Notes: generated from the letters alone by a model not told the origin. 64,000 nucleotides of DNA from Gemmatimonadales bacterium (GCA_965249575.1 OZ252244.1:960001-1024000); one strand, 5' to 3'. Shown: positions 9,581 through 19,738, counted from the stretch's first letter. Made by a program: numbers and translations.

Positions 9581-9803
9581 GCGCCGAGCTCGCGCTCGAT
9601 CCGGTAGCGGTCGGCGAGGGCGGTCGAGAGCCGGGCGGTGATCTCGCTCATCGGGCTAAGATGCGCCGCGTCGTCGGGTTTGGCGAGGTTTTGAGGCAGA
9701 ACTTGGGGGGGCGACAGCCAGAGCGGCTGGATGCCTCCCCAGAGGAACGCTATGCCTTTGCCTGCCCGCTACGCACAGCGCCCGACCGCAGGGGCCGGGC
9801 GCT
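9581..9803 (-). repeat. hairpin + putative promoter + Ser/Thr kinase 5' stub, copy 2
   Basis: MSEITARLSTALADRYRIERELG from ATG at 9651; similar to 5120-5340. Confidence 0.8.
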
Positions 9804-10162
9804 TCGGTGGGCGTGGCTCGGCCACGTTAGCTTTGCGAGTCGAGAACGTTCATTTCCCGGAAAACCAGCCATTTACCGCTCTCTCTGACCAGGACCCAGG
9901 TGAAGTTTTCTCCTGCAAACGAGCCCTTTCCTTGGGGGTCTTCCGTAAACGATAAGCCGTACGCGAACATGACGGCCACAGCTCCTAGGACCGCAATGGA
10001 TGCTGGTCGGATTTCTGCCCACACGCGCTTAGAGCCCGATGCGTCGTAGTACCTGCCTAACGCATTGCTAGGTGTGGCGGGCGCTACGAGTTGTCCTCCC
10101 CACCATAGCGTTTTCTGGATGGGTGCAGTCTGTCCCGGTCGCGCCCGCAGGAGGGCTGACCT

Positions 10163-11218
10163 TCAACTCTCCTGCCTGGATACGAACAGGGTTTGGGTGG
10201 GATAGGCGAACTCGATTCCCTGTTCCTCAAACTGCCGGTGAATGTGCAGGTTAATGGCTTGCTGGATGTCCATGTAGAGGTTGTAATCGGCGGCCAGGAC
10301 GTAGTAGACCGTCTCAAAGTCGATCGAGAAACCACCGTACGCTTTGAAGTGTGAGCGGTCGAAGCGGGCCTGCTCCTGGGACTCAACCGCGTCCCTGATG
10401 ATCGACGGTATGGCCTCGAGCTTTGTCCTCGGCGTCTGGTACGTCACGCCGAGGCTGAACACGACCCGTCGCTGCGTCATCCGCCCGTAGTTGCGGACTC
10501 GGCTGCCGAGCAGGTCGGCGTTCGAGAAGATCAACTGCTCGCCGGAGAGACTCCGGAGCCTTGTGGTCTTGAGTCCGACGTGCTCGACGCTCCCCAGGAA
10601 GTCATCGATGATCAGAAAATCCCCGATGACGAAGGGGCGGTCCAGTACGATGGCGAGGGACGCAAACAGGTCGCCCAAGACGTTCTGGACGGCAAGGGCC
10701 ACGGCGATCCCGCCCACACCCAGACCAGCCACCAGCGCCGTGATATCGACGCCGAGGTTGTCTAGCGACAGGAGGAGCACGATCGCCCATACGAGGAGCT
10801 TTACAAGGAAGCTGAGCGCGCCAACCATGGTGGCGGCGCCAGCGTCCTCCTGAAGGCGACGGGCCTGGTAGCGCTGAATGATGACGGTTGTGGCCGCGGC
10901 GCCCCAGAGTCCCGCCTGGATGAGGAACGCGATGACCGCGAGGCTGGTCAGCACATCCCGCCCGCGCTGGGGGAGATCGAGGACCTGCGAGCCCGCAACG
11001 GCAGCCAGCAGCAGAACGAAAAACAGCTTCGTTCCCCGCAGCAGGCCGGTGACGAGATCGGCCCAGTTGGCCTCCGCCTGTTGCGCGACCTTGCCGATGC
11101 GGCGAACGGCAACGCTCAGGACGAGGCGAAGGACCAGCAGGGTCACGACCGCTACTGCCAGCGCAACAGACCAGGCCTGCAGCGTGTTTCCGTAGAAGCT
11201 GCTTTCGAGAAAACTCAT
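10163..11218 (-). CDS. mechanosensitive ion channel (MscS family)
   Basis: AGLGVGGIAVALAVQNVLGDLFASLAIVLDRPFVIGD and IEFAYPTQT. Confidence 0.92.
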   Translation of the reverse strand: MSFLESSFYGNTLQAWSVALAVAVVTLLVLRLVLSVAVRRIGKVAQQAEANWADLVTGLLRGTKLFFVLLLAAVAGSQVLDLPQRGRDVLTSLAVIAFLIQAGLWGAAATTVIIQRYQARRLQEDAGAATMVGALSFLVKLLVWAIVLLLSLDNLGVDITALVAGLGVGGIAVALAVQNVLGDLFASLAIVLDRPFVIGDFLIIDDFLGSVEHVGLKTTRLRSLSGEQLIFSNADLLGSRVRNYGRMTQRRVVFSLGVTYQTPRTKLEAIPSIIRDAVESQEQARFDRSHFKAYGGFSIDFETVYYVLAADYNLYMDIQQAINLHIHRQFEEQGIEFAYPTQTLFVSRQES

Positions 11219-11564
11219 TTCCGGTGCTGGCGCTCCGTTCCGGGGGGTGACAGACGGGAACCAGTTCGGCCGCGCGGGCCGAGCCTCTTCGCCGTCTAAC
11301 CAACCAATAACGAGAGTGCCCGTCAACTGCTTGCTGGGGCCTGCCTCGGTCTGCAAATTCCTGTTGCGCCAGACTCGCTGGTGCCTGCCACAGAGGCATC
11401 ACGCACTGTAGGACCCGAGTGCCGACCGGCGCAGGGCGGGGCCCACGACGCGCTGACGCTCGTCGCAGCGACTGGCACCTACGTACTCTTCGATACTCTT
11501 CTCTCATGACGATCGATGGTCTGACCCGTTCCCGCGTGCGCTGCTGGCGCATGTCCCGACACCC

Positions 11565-11720
11565 TTGGAGCCTCTGCCCAACTTGTCACGGGTACTCGGC
11601 GTTGACGGCCTCTTTGTGAAGAGGGACGATTGCACAGGCCTGGCGATGGGCGGCAACAAGGCCCGGAAGCTCGAGTTCTACTTTGGTGACGCGCAGGCTC
11701 GCGGCGCTTCGGTAATCCTC
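11565..11720 (+). pseudogene. D-cysteine desulfhydrase / ACC deaminase family N-terminal fragment
   Basis: LFVKRDDCTGLAMGGNKARKLEFY (PLP-lysine motif); truncated just before the tRNA 3' end. Confidence 0.8.
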
Positions 11721-11767
11721 AATTACTGGGGCAAAGCAATCGAGCCGCGACGTCGTCGCGGCTTTCA

Positions 11768-11840
11768 CAGGCCCGGCAGGACTCGAACCTGCAACCCCCG
11801 GTTTTGGAGACCGGTGCTCTACCAGTTGAGCTACGAGCCT
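11768..11840 (-). tRNA. tRNA-Trp (CCA anticodon); 3' CCA not encoded
   Basis: AGGCTCGTAGCTCAACTGGTAGAGCACCGGT-CTCCAAA-ACCGGGGGTTGCAGGTTCGAGTCCTGCCGGGCCTG folds as a cloverleaf; downstream hairpin at 11743-11763. Confidence 0.96.
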
Positions 11841-11856
11841 AGACAAACAACACGAT

Positions 11857-11884
11857 CACTCACCACTCACCACTCACCACTCAC
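11857..11884. repeat. (CACTCAC)4 heptamer tandem repeat in the tRNA spacer
   Basis: Read directly from the sequence. Confidence 0.9.
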
Positions 11885-11891
11885 CACCAGG

Positions 11892-11966
11892 GGTGGCTGA
11901 CGGGAATTGAACCCGCAACCTCCGGAGCCACAGTCCGGCGCTCTAACCAATTGAGCTACAGCCACC
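11892..11966 (-). tRNA. tRNA-His (GTG anticodon) with encoded G-1
   Basis: GGTGGCTGTAGCTCAATTGGTTAGAGCGCCGGA-CTGTGGC-TCCGGAGGTTGCGGGTTCAATTCCCGTCAGCCACC. Confidence 0.96.
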
Positions 11967-12000
11967 GCGTAGGGGATGGCGGATAGGGAGTTGGGGACCC

Positions 12001-13350
12001 CTACTCCTTACTCCCCTCTTCCCCCTCCATCCTACGGGCAATTTCCGCCAACTTCGCGTCGATCTCCTCTTTTGGCAGCCATCGCCCTCGTACCATGACC
12101 CCCGCCTGCTGGTGCACGTTGCGAATGTCGGCTAGCGGACTCGCGTCGAGCAGCAACAGATCAGCACGCCGGCCCACCTCCACCGAGCCGAACTCCTCGC
12201 CCAAACCGAAGTACTCGGCGGCGTTCCGCGTCCCGGCCTGGAGCACACCATATATAGGAATACCCGCCTCCACCATGGCCGGCATCTCGTGCTCCAGCGA
12301 AAACCCGGGAACGCTGAAAATCTGCGGCGCGTCGGAGCCAAGCAAGATCCTGGCCCCGGCATCGTACAGCGCCTTGAGCGTTCGGTTGCGGGCCGCAATC
12401 TCGCGCCGGCCGGCTTCCGGATCGGCAACCCGCCCGTTGTAGCCGACCTTTCGCTCGACCCAGTTATCGAGCGTCGCTCGCGGGACATACCGCATCTCGC
12501 CCCGGCTCCGTAGGTCGTCGACCGGTTCGACCAAGAGGATCCTCTTCCACAAGTCCAGTGTGGGCGCGAGCGATATTCCCGCCTGCTGCGACGCCTTTGC
12601 GAGCTCGGCAATCGTGGCGTCATCATCCCCCGCCTCGTCGTAGTAGCCGTCGAGATGGTCGATGTCCTGCCCCGCGGCGATCGCTCTTCGCACGCCGACA
12701 TCGTTCGGAACGTGACCGGCGTACTTGATGCGCGCGGCCTTCGCCGTCTGCACGATGGCCTCGTATTCCTCGGGCGAGAGGCCCTCGTGAATTTTGAGCA
12801 GATCGTAGCCCGCCTTCTTGTGCTCCTGCACCAGTTGTCGCGCGTGCTCCGGCCCTTCGACCCGGTCTCCGAGATAGGCGGGACTCGCAGTGTAGATCGT
12901 CGGGCCGAGGATGTCGCCCTTGCGTATCCGGTCCCGCAGCTTGAACTGGTTCGGGTACCCAAACATGGTCCGGACCGTGGTCACCCCGCGCAAGACGTAG
13001 AGCGCGAGGTAGGCCTCGGTCACCTCCGCCGCCGTGGTCGGCGGTGGGATGTGCCCGTGCATTTCCGCCAGACCCGGCATGAGGAACTTCTCCCGGCCGT
13101 CCACCCGGACGGCGCCCGCCGGGATCGGGACCATCGTCGCCAGCCCGATCTCGGCGATTCGGCCGTCGCGGACGATTACCGTCTGGTTGCGGTCCGCCCC
13201 TCGCCGGGCCATGGACACGACGTTGACCCCCACGAACGCGACCGGCTTGGACGCGTCTTGTGCAACTGCTTTTCCAGCCGGCGCCGCAACGGCGAGAAGA
13301 GCGAGCCCCGCCGACACCACGCCGCGCGGTTGGATTTCTGACGGCTTCAT
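12001..13350 (-). CDS. secreted amidohydrolase family protein
   Basis: MPGLAEMHGH, LLGSDAPQ and GRRADLLLLDASPL; signal-peptide-like N-terminus. Confidence 0.88.
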   Translation of the reverse strand: MKPSEIQPRGVVSAGLALLAVAAPAGKAVAQDASKPVAFVGVNVVSMARRGADRNQTVIVRDGRIAEIGLATMVPIPAGAVRVDGREKFLMPGLAEMHGHIPPPTTAAEVTEAYLALYVLRGVTTVRTMFGYPNQFKLRDRIRKGDILGPTIYTASPAYLGDRVEGPEHARQLVQEHKKAGYDLLKIHEGLSPEEYEAIVQTAKAARIKYAGHVPNDVGVRRAIAAGQDIDHLDGYYDEAGDDDATIAELAKASQQAGISLAPTLDLWKRILLVEPVDDLRSRGEMRYVPRATLDNWVERKVGYNGRVADPEAGRREIAARNRTLKALYDAGARILLGSDAPQIFSVPGFSLEHEMPAMVEAGIPIYGVLQAGTRNAAEYFGLGEEFGSVEVGRRADLLLLDASPLADIRNVHQQAGVMVRGRWLPKEEIDAKLAEIARRMEGEEGSKE

Positions 13351-13465
13351 GCCGATTGCCTCCTTCCAGAAACGAAGGTCTAGCCACTTCGCCTCTCCAA
13401 CGGGAAAACTCGCCGGGATGCGCGGCAATTGAAAGGGCCTGCTGCCAACCAGCACGGCGACGGAT

Positions 13466-14197
13466 TTAGTGGTCCGCAGGCCGCGCCGCGATCACCTGAT
13501 GCCCGATGACGAGCAGGATCGTGGCGCCCGCCCGCAGGCTGCCGAGCACCGTGCCGCTGATCTTCGAGCGGCCGCTCCTTCGCCGGCGGTAACGGGTCGG
13601 GATTTCCCGGAACCGTAACCCGGCACGCGCAACCTTGATCTGCATCTCGACGGTCCAGCCGAAATCCCGGTCCTGCATGTCGAGCTCCCTGAGGACTTGA
13701 AGCCGCACGGCACGACAGGGAGCCAAGTCACTGAATCGCGCGCTCCAGATGGAGGAGATAAGGAAGCACGCGAGGCGGTTCCCCACGCACTGGAGGAACG
13801 TCAGGGCGCCGGGCTCTCCCGCCGCCAGCGTGCGGCTCGCGAGCATGAGATCGACGTCTCCCTCGACGACCGGCTTCGTGAGGGACGGGACGATTTGGGG
13901 GTCGTCGCTCCCGTCGGCGTCGAGAAACAGGACCACGTCGCGCGCAGCAGCATCCGCAAGCGCGGCGAGACCCGCGAGGCACGCGGCACCGTACCCTCGC
14001 TCGGGCTCCGCAACGACGGTCGCGCCAGACGCAGCCGCCACGGCGGCGGTGCGGTCGCGCGATCCGTTGTCGACCACGATAATGTTGAGGTCGGCGAGCG
14101 CGTTCAGATCGTGCAGGACAGCGGGAAGCGTCCGCTCCTCGTCGAGAGCCGGAATGATCACGTGAACGCGGGGGGTGGGCGATTCAAGCGCTGTCAC
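13466..14197 (-). CDS. glycosyltransferase family 2
   Basis: VIIPALDEE, VVDNGSRD, GYGAACL, FLDADGSD, GWTVEMQ. Confidence 0.9.
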   Translation of the reverse strand: MTALESPTPRVHVIIPALDEERTLPAVLHDLNALADLNIIVVDNGSRDRTAAVAAASGATVVAEPERGYGAACLAGLAALADAAARDVVLFLDADGSDDPQIVPSLTKPVVEGDVDLMLASRTLAAGEPGALTFLQCVGNRLACFLISSIWSARFSDLAPCRAVRLQVLRELDMQDRDFGWTVEMQIKVARAGLRFREIPTRYRRRRSGRSKISGTVLGSLRAGATILLVIGHQVIAARPADH

Positions 14198-14199
14198 GG

Positions 14200-15501
14200 T
14201 TGAGCTCTCAGGGCCCGACGGGGCGATGGACGCCGATCCTCGCATCGCTCGTACTCAGCGAAACGCTTGTCCTCGCCTGGCTCGCGCAGATCGAGCCGTT
14301 GCCGGTCCCGAAGCTGCTGCTGGGATACGGCCTGGCCTTCGCTGCATATGTGGCCCTGGTGCTGCTGATCAAGCGGGTCAGGACACCTCTCTGGGTCTGG
14401 TTCGTGGCGGCGCTGGTCCTGCGACTCCCATGGCTTTCGGCGCCTCCCTCCCTCTCGGACGACGCCTGGCGGTATCTCCACGACGGCCGTGCGCAGGTGG
14501 CCGGCGTCAATCCGTTTCTCCATCCGCCCGCCGCTCCCGAGTCCAACGCCTACTCCGGTCCCGAGCGCGGGCTGATCAACAATCCGGACCTGCCGACCGT
14601 CTACCCGCCCGCGGCGCAGATCGTGTTTCTCCTCGCCATGGCAATCTCCGCCTCGCTGCTATCGTGGAAGCTCGTGCTTCTCTTGTTCGATCTTGGCATC
14701 GGTGCCGCCGTGGCGCTACTGCTCCACTCAAGACGCCGACCAACGAGTTACGCCGCGATATACCTCCTGCATCCGCTCGCCGTCATCGAATTCGCCGGCA
14801 ACGGCCATGTGGACGCGGTGGCGATCTTCCTGCTAATGCTGAGCCTCGCCCTCCTCCAACGGGAGCGTCTCGCGGCCGGGGCCACCATCGCCCTCTCCGT
14901 CGCCGCGAAGTACCTCGCGGCACCCCTCATCCCGTTCTTCGCCCGCGCAACAGCCGCACCATGGAAGCTCGTCGCGATCGCGCTCACAACGCTTGCCGCC
15001 GTATACCTCCCCTACGTTGGCGCACCACCGCTCGGGAGTCTCGGGATCTTCGCGCGCACGTTCGAGTTCAACGGCTCGCTCTTTTGGCTGTTGGCGCCAC
15101 TTGGAGCGGTCCCCTCTCGGGCCATCTTGGGCGCGCTCCTGCTCGCCGGGCTCGCCTGGGCCTGGCGAGCCAGGTGGCCGACGGACTCCGTGACATTCTG
15201 GTGGATCGCCGCAGTGCTCCTGGGATCCCCGATCGTTCACCCATGGTACGTCGTGTGGCTCATCCCGTTCCTGGCATGGCGTGACGAATGGTGGGCATTG
15301 GTGTGGACTGGGACGGTGATGATCTCCTACACAGTGCTGTCGGAATGGCGGGCGGAAGGCGTGTGGACACTACCGACATGGGCGGCGGTGGTAGAGTATG
15401 TGCCGGTGTATGGGGCGTTGGTGATAAGAGGTGTCGGGTGGCGGGTGCCGGGTGCCAGGTGCCAGGCGTTTAGGTGTCAGATCCGAGTAGGTCCCGACTA
15501 G
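14200..15501 (+). CDS. polytopic GT-C/GT87-like (DUF2029) glycosyltransferase
   Basis: LSDDAWRYLHDG, TVYPPAAQ, EFAGNGHVD, VHPWY; many transmembrane segments. Confidence 0.8.
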   Translation: MSSQGPTGRWTPILASLVLSETLVLAWLAQIEPLPVPKLLLGYGLAFAAYVALVLLIKRVRTPLWVWFVAALVLRLPWLSAPPSLSDDAWRYLHDGRAQVAGVNPFLHPPAAPESNAYSGPERGLINNPDLPTVYPPAAQIVFLLAMAISASLLSWKLVLLLFDLGIGAAVALLLHSRRRPTSYAAIYLLHPLAVIEFAGNGHVDAVAIFLLMLSLALLQRERLAAGATIALSVAAKYLAAPLIPFFARATAAPWKLVAIALTTLAAVYLPYVGAPPLGSLGIFARTFEFNGSLFWLLAPLGAVPSRAILGALLLAGLAWAWRARWPTDSVTFWWIAAVLLGSPIVHPWYVVWLIPFLAWRDEWWALVWTGTVMISYTVLSEWRAEGVWTLPTWAAVVEYVPVYGALVIRGVGWRVPGARCQAFRCQIRVGPD

Positions 15502-15537
15502 CCGCTTCCTGAATCCCTGACACCTGACACCTGGCAC

Positions 15538-15798
15538 CTAGTGAATCATCCTCACATCCCGCGATCCGCGCGCAACGCCCGTCGCAACGCCAATCCCAAG
15601 CGCCACAGCCGTGACGGCACCCACGACCGGAAGGACCCAGACCACCGGGGCGGCGATCGCCGTGGCAGCGGCCCCCGCGATCACCGGGGCAGTGGGACGG
15701 TGCGCACGGTCCACGAACCGCAACCGCCCGTGTACGAAGCCCCGAACCTTGATGTGAGTGACGATCGCGGCGGCGCCGGCGATGAGTAGCTCGATCAT
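15538..15798 (-). CDS. small membrane protein
   Basis: Hydrophobic ORF with AGGAG ribosome-binding site. Confidence 0.65.
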   Translation of the reverse strand: MIELLIAGAAAIVTHIKVRGFVHGRLRFVDRAHRPTAPVIAGAAATAIAAPVVWVLPVVGAVTAVALGIGVATGVARGSRDVRMIH

Positions 15799-15938
15799 TA
15801 GGAACTCCTGTCTACGCGTTCAGTTCCGGGACCCGAGTAGATCTAATCTTACGACGGGGCGGAGGGAGAGGAGGTTTCAGGTGCCAGGTGTCAGTCAGTT
15901 GCCGTGACGGGGGTGCATACTGGTACCTGACACCTGCC

Positions 15939-18428
15939 CTACCCCCCAATCGGCTGCCCCGCCGGCCGCTCCGGCACCTCCGACGGTGCGGTGATCCCTT
16001 CCGGCCGGTCTTGCCAGCGCAGAATGTCTTCCAGGGCGAGCGCGTTGTGCGCCGATTCCTCGGTATGCTCCTCGAGCCACGCCCCAAGCTCGGCGATCTT
16101 TGCACTCAACACCGCCCGTACCGCCGGGGTATTGCCCTTGAATCCCGCCTGCTCGATTAGGCGATCGAGCAGGGCTCGTTGCGCGACTCGCTGCACGGCG
16201 GCGTGATAGGTGTTCGCCGGCACCGGGGCGTACCAGGTGGCCGCGAACAGCGCGTCCGTTACTTCAGGGAGACCAGGATACTCTTGGCTCCGCGAGTGAA
16301 ACTCGACCAGGCGCGCCATGCGTTCCGGCTGGAGCAGTAGACTCACCGTGAAATCTGCTGCCACGGCGGCCGCACCGAGCGGATCGAGTGTCGGGTTGGT
16401 TCGGTTCGCGAACGTCTCACCCGATGCCATTCCGTACGCACGGGGGGGGATGAGCGCGAGGACGCGCTCCGGAATGGCGAGAAACGACGGGGAGAGCGTC
16501 TCTAGCGCGGCGCCCAGGGCCTCACGCTGCCTCGCGCCCGGCACCACGACGACGGGTGTTTGGCCGTCGCCGCGCAGGGCAAAGCTATAGTCGGCACCGC
16601 CGATGCTGTGGATGGCGGCCTTCAACTGATAGCGGTGGTGCAGGTACAAAGGCACCAGCACCTCTTCGGCGCTGGCGAGCGGCTCGCCGGGACCCACGAC
16701 GGGCTCGCCAAACGTGTCGAGGCCGATGCGCCGCACCTCGATCTCGTGTCGCAACGTTGCGATCGGGTCGGCGCCGTTGTCCCACAGTGCCGCCAGCGGG
16801 TGCGCCGCGCCATCCGGGCGGGCGTCCTGATCGGTGAGGTAACGCATTCCCCGAGTCAGGCCATCATGGACGATTGCCTCGAGTGCCTCCTCCTCGTCGG
16901 TGCCCGACGCGAAATCACTGTACAGCCACTTGACCGAGAGCTTGTCGTACTCGCCGATGCCCACTGCGTACGCGTCTGAGAGATCGATCGTGCCATCCGG
17001 CGCGATGCGCACTGTTGGCGCCGGATAATCCATGACGCTCGCCCGTCCGTAGGTGCTGGCGATGTAGTTGTGTGGAAACCCCAGGGTGTGACCCACTTCG
17101 TGGGCGGAGAGCTGCCGCACCCGCGCGAGCGCCATCTCGGCCGGCGTCGCTCCGGCTCCGACCTTGGCCAGATATCCGAAACCAGGCCCGTCACACATGT
17201 CGCAGCCACTCAAACTCGACCCGATCGGCGGCGCGAGCCCCAGGCCCAGCAGATTGTCCTGGCGCAGTCGCAGGCTCCCGAGATTCACGTTCCCTTTGAG
17301 GATCTCGCCGCTTCGTGGATCGACCACTGAGTTCCCGTAGGACCACCCGCGCGTGGACCGGTGAGTCCAGTGGATCATGTTGTACCGGACGTCCTGCGGG
17401 TCGGCGCCCTCCGGAAGGACCTCGACACGCAGCGCGTCGATGAATCCGGCTTCCTCGAACGCCTCGTTCCACCATGCACCGCCCTCGATGAGTGCGCTCC
17501 GCACCGGCTCGGGCGTTCCCCGATCCAGGTAGTAGACGATCGGCTCGATCGGCTCGGAACGGTCCGCACTCGGATCTCTCTTCTCGAGCCGGTAGCGGAC
17601 CGCCCATCGATTGGTGAGCGGCTGATCGATGGGAGTGGCGTAGTCGTTGAACCGCATGCCGATGACCCCGATGCGCGGGTCGGTCTTTCGGGGTGTATAC
17701 CCCGGCTCGGGCAGGCGAACCAACGAATGGTGTTGCCGGACGGTAATCGCCTCCCCCGACGGCGCCGTGCTCGACACCAGCTGACCGGGGTCCCGGGTCG
17801 TGAAGGTAAGCGACGCCTCAACCTCGGTATTGCGCGGGAAAGACCTGGTCCGCGGCATGTGCAGCACGCTCCGGCTTCTCGCGAGCTGGTAACCACCCTG
17901 GCCCCGCGCATCCAGGCGGCGAGCCACGCCGTGCGCGTCACGCAGGAAGAAGTCAGTTGCGTTGACCAGGACCCGGTCGTCCGTTTCGGCCTCAACGGTG
18001 AATCCCCAATGGGTCGACGGCGCGAAAGCGTCTGTTACTGCCCGCACTTCATCCGGGTCCGATGAGAGCGCTCGGTACCGATAGTTGGGCTCGACGAGGA
18101 GAACGGTTGGTCCGACCCGCCGGGCGACGAGGAGATGGGTACCGCCAAGCTGTCCGCGGTCGAGCCCGACTGGATTGCTGCCAATGCCCGACGCCAGAGA
18201 CACCTGATAGAGGAATTCGCTCTCCCACCTGTCGATCTCCCAGTAGAGCTTCCCCTCGCGCTCATCCCAATAGAGGTCGAAGAACCCTTCGAGGTGGTCC
18301 ATACCTCCGGTCTTCACCTCGATCGTCGGCGGCCCCTCTCGCTCCATATCGGGGATATCCTGGGACATGGCGGGCGGCGCAACGCCCCACAGCAGCAGTC
18401 CCGCAATCAAAGTCGGTATGCGACTCAT
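15939..18428 (-). CDS. secreted zinc metalloprotease (DUF5117/DUF4953, EcxA-like)
   Basis: HEVGHTLGFPHN metzincin motif, SVMDY Met-turn, EPIVYYLD. Confidence 0.9.
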   Translation of the reverse strand: MSRIPTLIAGLLLWGVAPPAMSQDIPDMEREGPPTIEVKTGGMDHLEGFFDLYWDEREGKLYWEIDRWESEFLYQVSLASGIGSNPVGLDRGQLGGTHLLVARRVGPTVLLVEPNYRYRALSSDPDEVRAVTDAFAPSTHWGFTVEAETDDRVLVNATDFFLRDAHGVARRLDARGQGGYQLARSRSVLHMPRTRSFPRNTEVEASLTFTTRDPGQLVSSTAPSGEAITVRQHHSLVRLPEPGYTPRKTDPRIGVIGMRFNDYATPIDQPLTNRWAVRYRLEKRDPSADRSEPIEPIVYYLDRGTPEPVRSALIEGGAWWNEAFEEAGFIDALRVEVLPEGADPQDVRYNMIHWTHRSTRGWSYGNSVVDPRSGEILKGNVNLGSLRLRQDNLLGLGLAPPIGSSLSGCDMCDGPGFGYLAKVGAGATPAEMALARVRQLSAHEVGHTLGFPHNYIASTYGRASVMDYPAPTVRIAPDGTIDLSDAYAVGIGEYDKLSVKWLYSDFASGTDEEEALEAIVHDGLTRGMRYLTDQDARPDGAAHPLAALWDNGADPIATLRHEIEVRRIGLDTFGEPVVGPGEPLASAEEVLVPLYLHHRYQLKAAIHSIGGADYSFALRGDGQTPVVVVPGARQREALGAALETLSPSFLAIPERVLALIPPRAYGMASGETFANRTNPTLDPLGAAAVAADFTVSLLLQPERMARLVEFHSRSQEYPGLPEVTDALFAATWYAPVPANTYHAAVQRVAQRALLDRLIEQAGFKGNTPAVRAVLSAKIAELGAWLEEHTEESAHNALALEDILRWQDRPEGITAPSEVPERPAGQPIGG

Positions 18429-18686
18429 TCCTCCTCCTTCGTTGTGACCCCGGATCTCTTGACCCAGGTGACCACACCGCCCACCGCCACCGCTCGAGCT
18501 AGGACATTCCGAAGGTGATCCTGTCCAATCGTAAGGACATTGCCCGGCACGCGGGAGGCTACCAAGCGCCGAACTCCAGCATACACAAACAGTTATCCGT
18601 TACAGCCGCCATGGCATGTCTCTGGCAACGCAAGCGGCGTTGGATTTGACGACCATCCTACTCCATCAACCCGGGAGTCGCACGCC

Positions 18687-19332
18687 ATGCGAGCGGCAGT
18701 GGGCAGAACCGGATCGCGCGCGGGGGGAAGGTTCATCGCCGCACTAACGATTCTGGCAGCCTTTGGCTGCGGGCGGAAGGTCATGGTACCGCCGCGGCTC
18801 GATCTCGCACCTCACCGGCCGGTGGGGTTGGTCACGTTCACCATCGAGAGTGCCAAGGGCGCGCTCAACGTCGTCGCAACCGAGCGGTTCGCGGCCGATG
18901 TTTTTGCGGGCCAGAGCGATGTGGAGCTGCTCGAGCTCGGCGAGCTGGACGACGCTCTCGCGCGAATCGGAATGGATCGAATGGACCCCGAGGCAGCCAG
19001 CGCCATCGGCGAGGCGTTTCGACGTTCCTGCAGTCTTCGTAGGACACCTGATTGTATCCGACGCCAAGCCGCGAGCATCGCTGGCGAGGTTCCCCAGCAT
19101 CAGTGCCACGGTGGACGTGGCGATGACGGTCCGGTTGTTCGCGACTGCATCGGGCGCAACGATCTGGAGCAACACCGCACGCACCACGGAGACGATCGCG
19201 GAGGTCGCGCTCGACAGCGGGGTCCCGTACTTCTCAGCCGAGGATCCCGACGAGGCCTATGGTGCGATGGTTGACGCCCTCGCATACGAGGTCACCAGGG
19301 ACCTGCGGCCTACGTACGTGCGGCAGGAGTAG
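18687..19332 (+). pseudogene. putative lipoprotein with a single frameshift at ~19018
   Basis: LAAFGC lipobox; GEAF continues as DVPAVFVGHL in another frame. Confidence 0.6.
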
Positions 19333-19432
19333 GAGAAGTGTCAGGTTCCAGGGACCGGGTTCCAGGGCAGTTCCTTCGGACACCTGGCACCTGACACCGG
19401 ACACCTCTACTCAGTCGAGCCCGCCGGGATTT

Positions 19433-19738
19433 TCAGGAGCCACCCTTTTCCTGGGCGCTCCCACGGTGGCCGGCGGCCACCGTGTGTTCCTGAACGAACG
19501 TAGAGCAGTTCGCGACCCAGTACGCGAGAGCACCCCAAACGCCCGAGAGCAGAACGATGGCGCCCCAGAACCACGCCGGGGTTCCGAAGAGCAGTTGCGG
19601 CCGCGTGCGTGCGTCCCGCACGACGTAGAACGCGAGGCCAACGTGAACGATGACACGCAACGCGTTCGCCAACCAATGGAACCTCCACAGGAAGTCGAGG
19701 TCCCAGTGCCAACCGCTGAGTAGCAGCTCAAGCTCCAT
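19433..19738 (-). CDS. small membrane protein
   Basis: GGAGG ribosome-binding site; two hydrophobic helices. Confidence 0.55.
   Translation of the reverse strand: MELELLLSGWHWDLDFLWRFHWLANALRVIVHVGLAFYVVRDARTRPQLLFGTPAWFWGAIVLLSGVWGALAYWVANCSTFVQEHTVAAGHRGSAQEKGGS

Noticed and set aside
18611..18626. Sigma-54-like TGGCA...TGGC motif
   Set aside because: The -12 element is imperfect and such words are common in GC-rich DNA.
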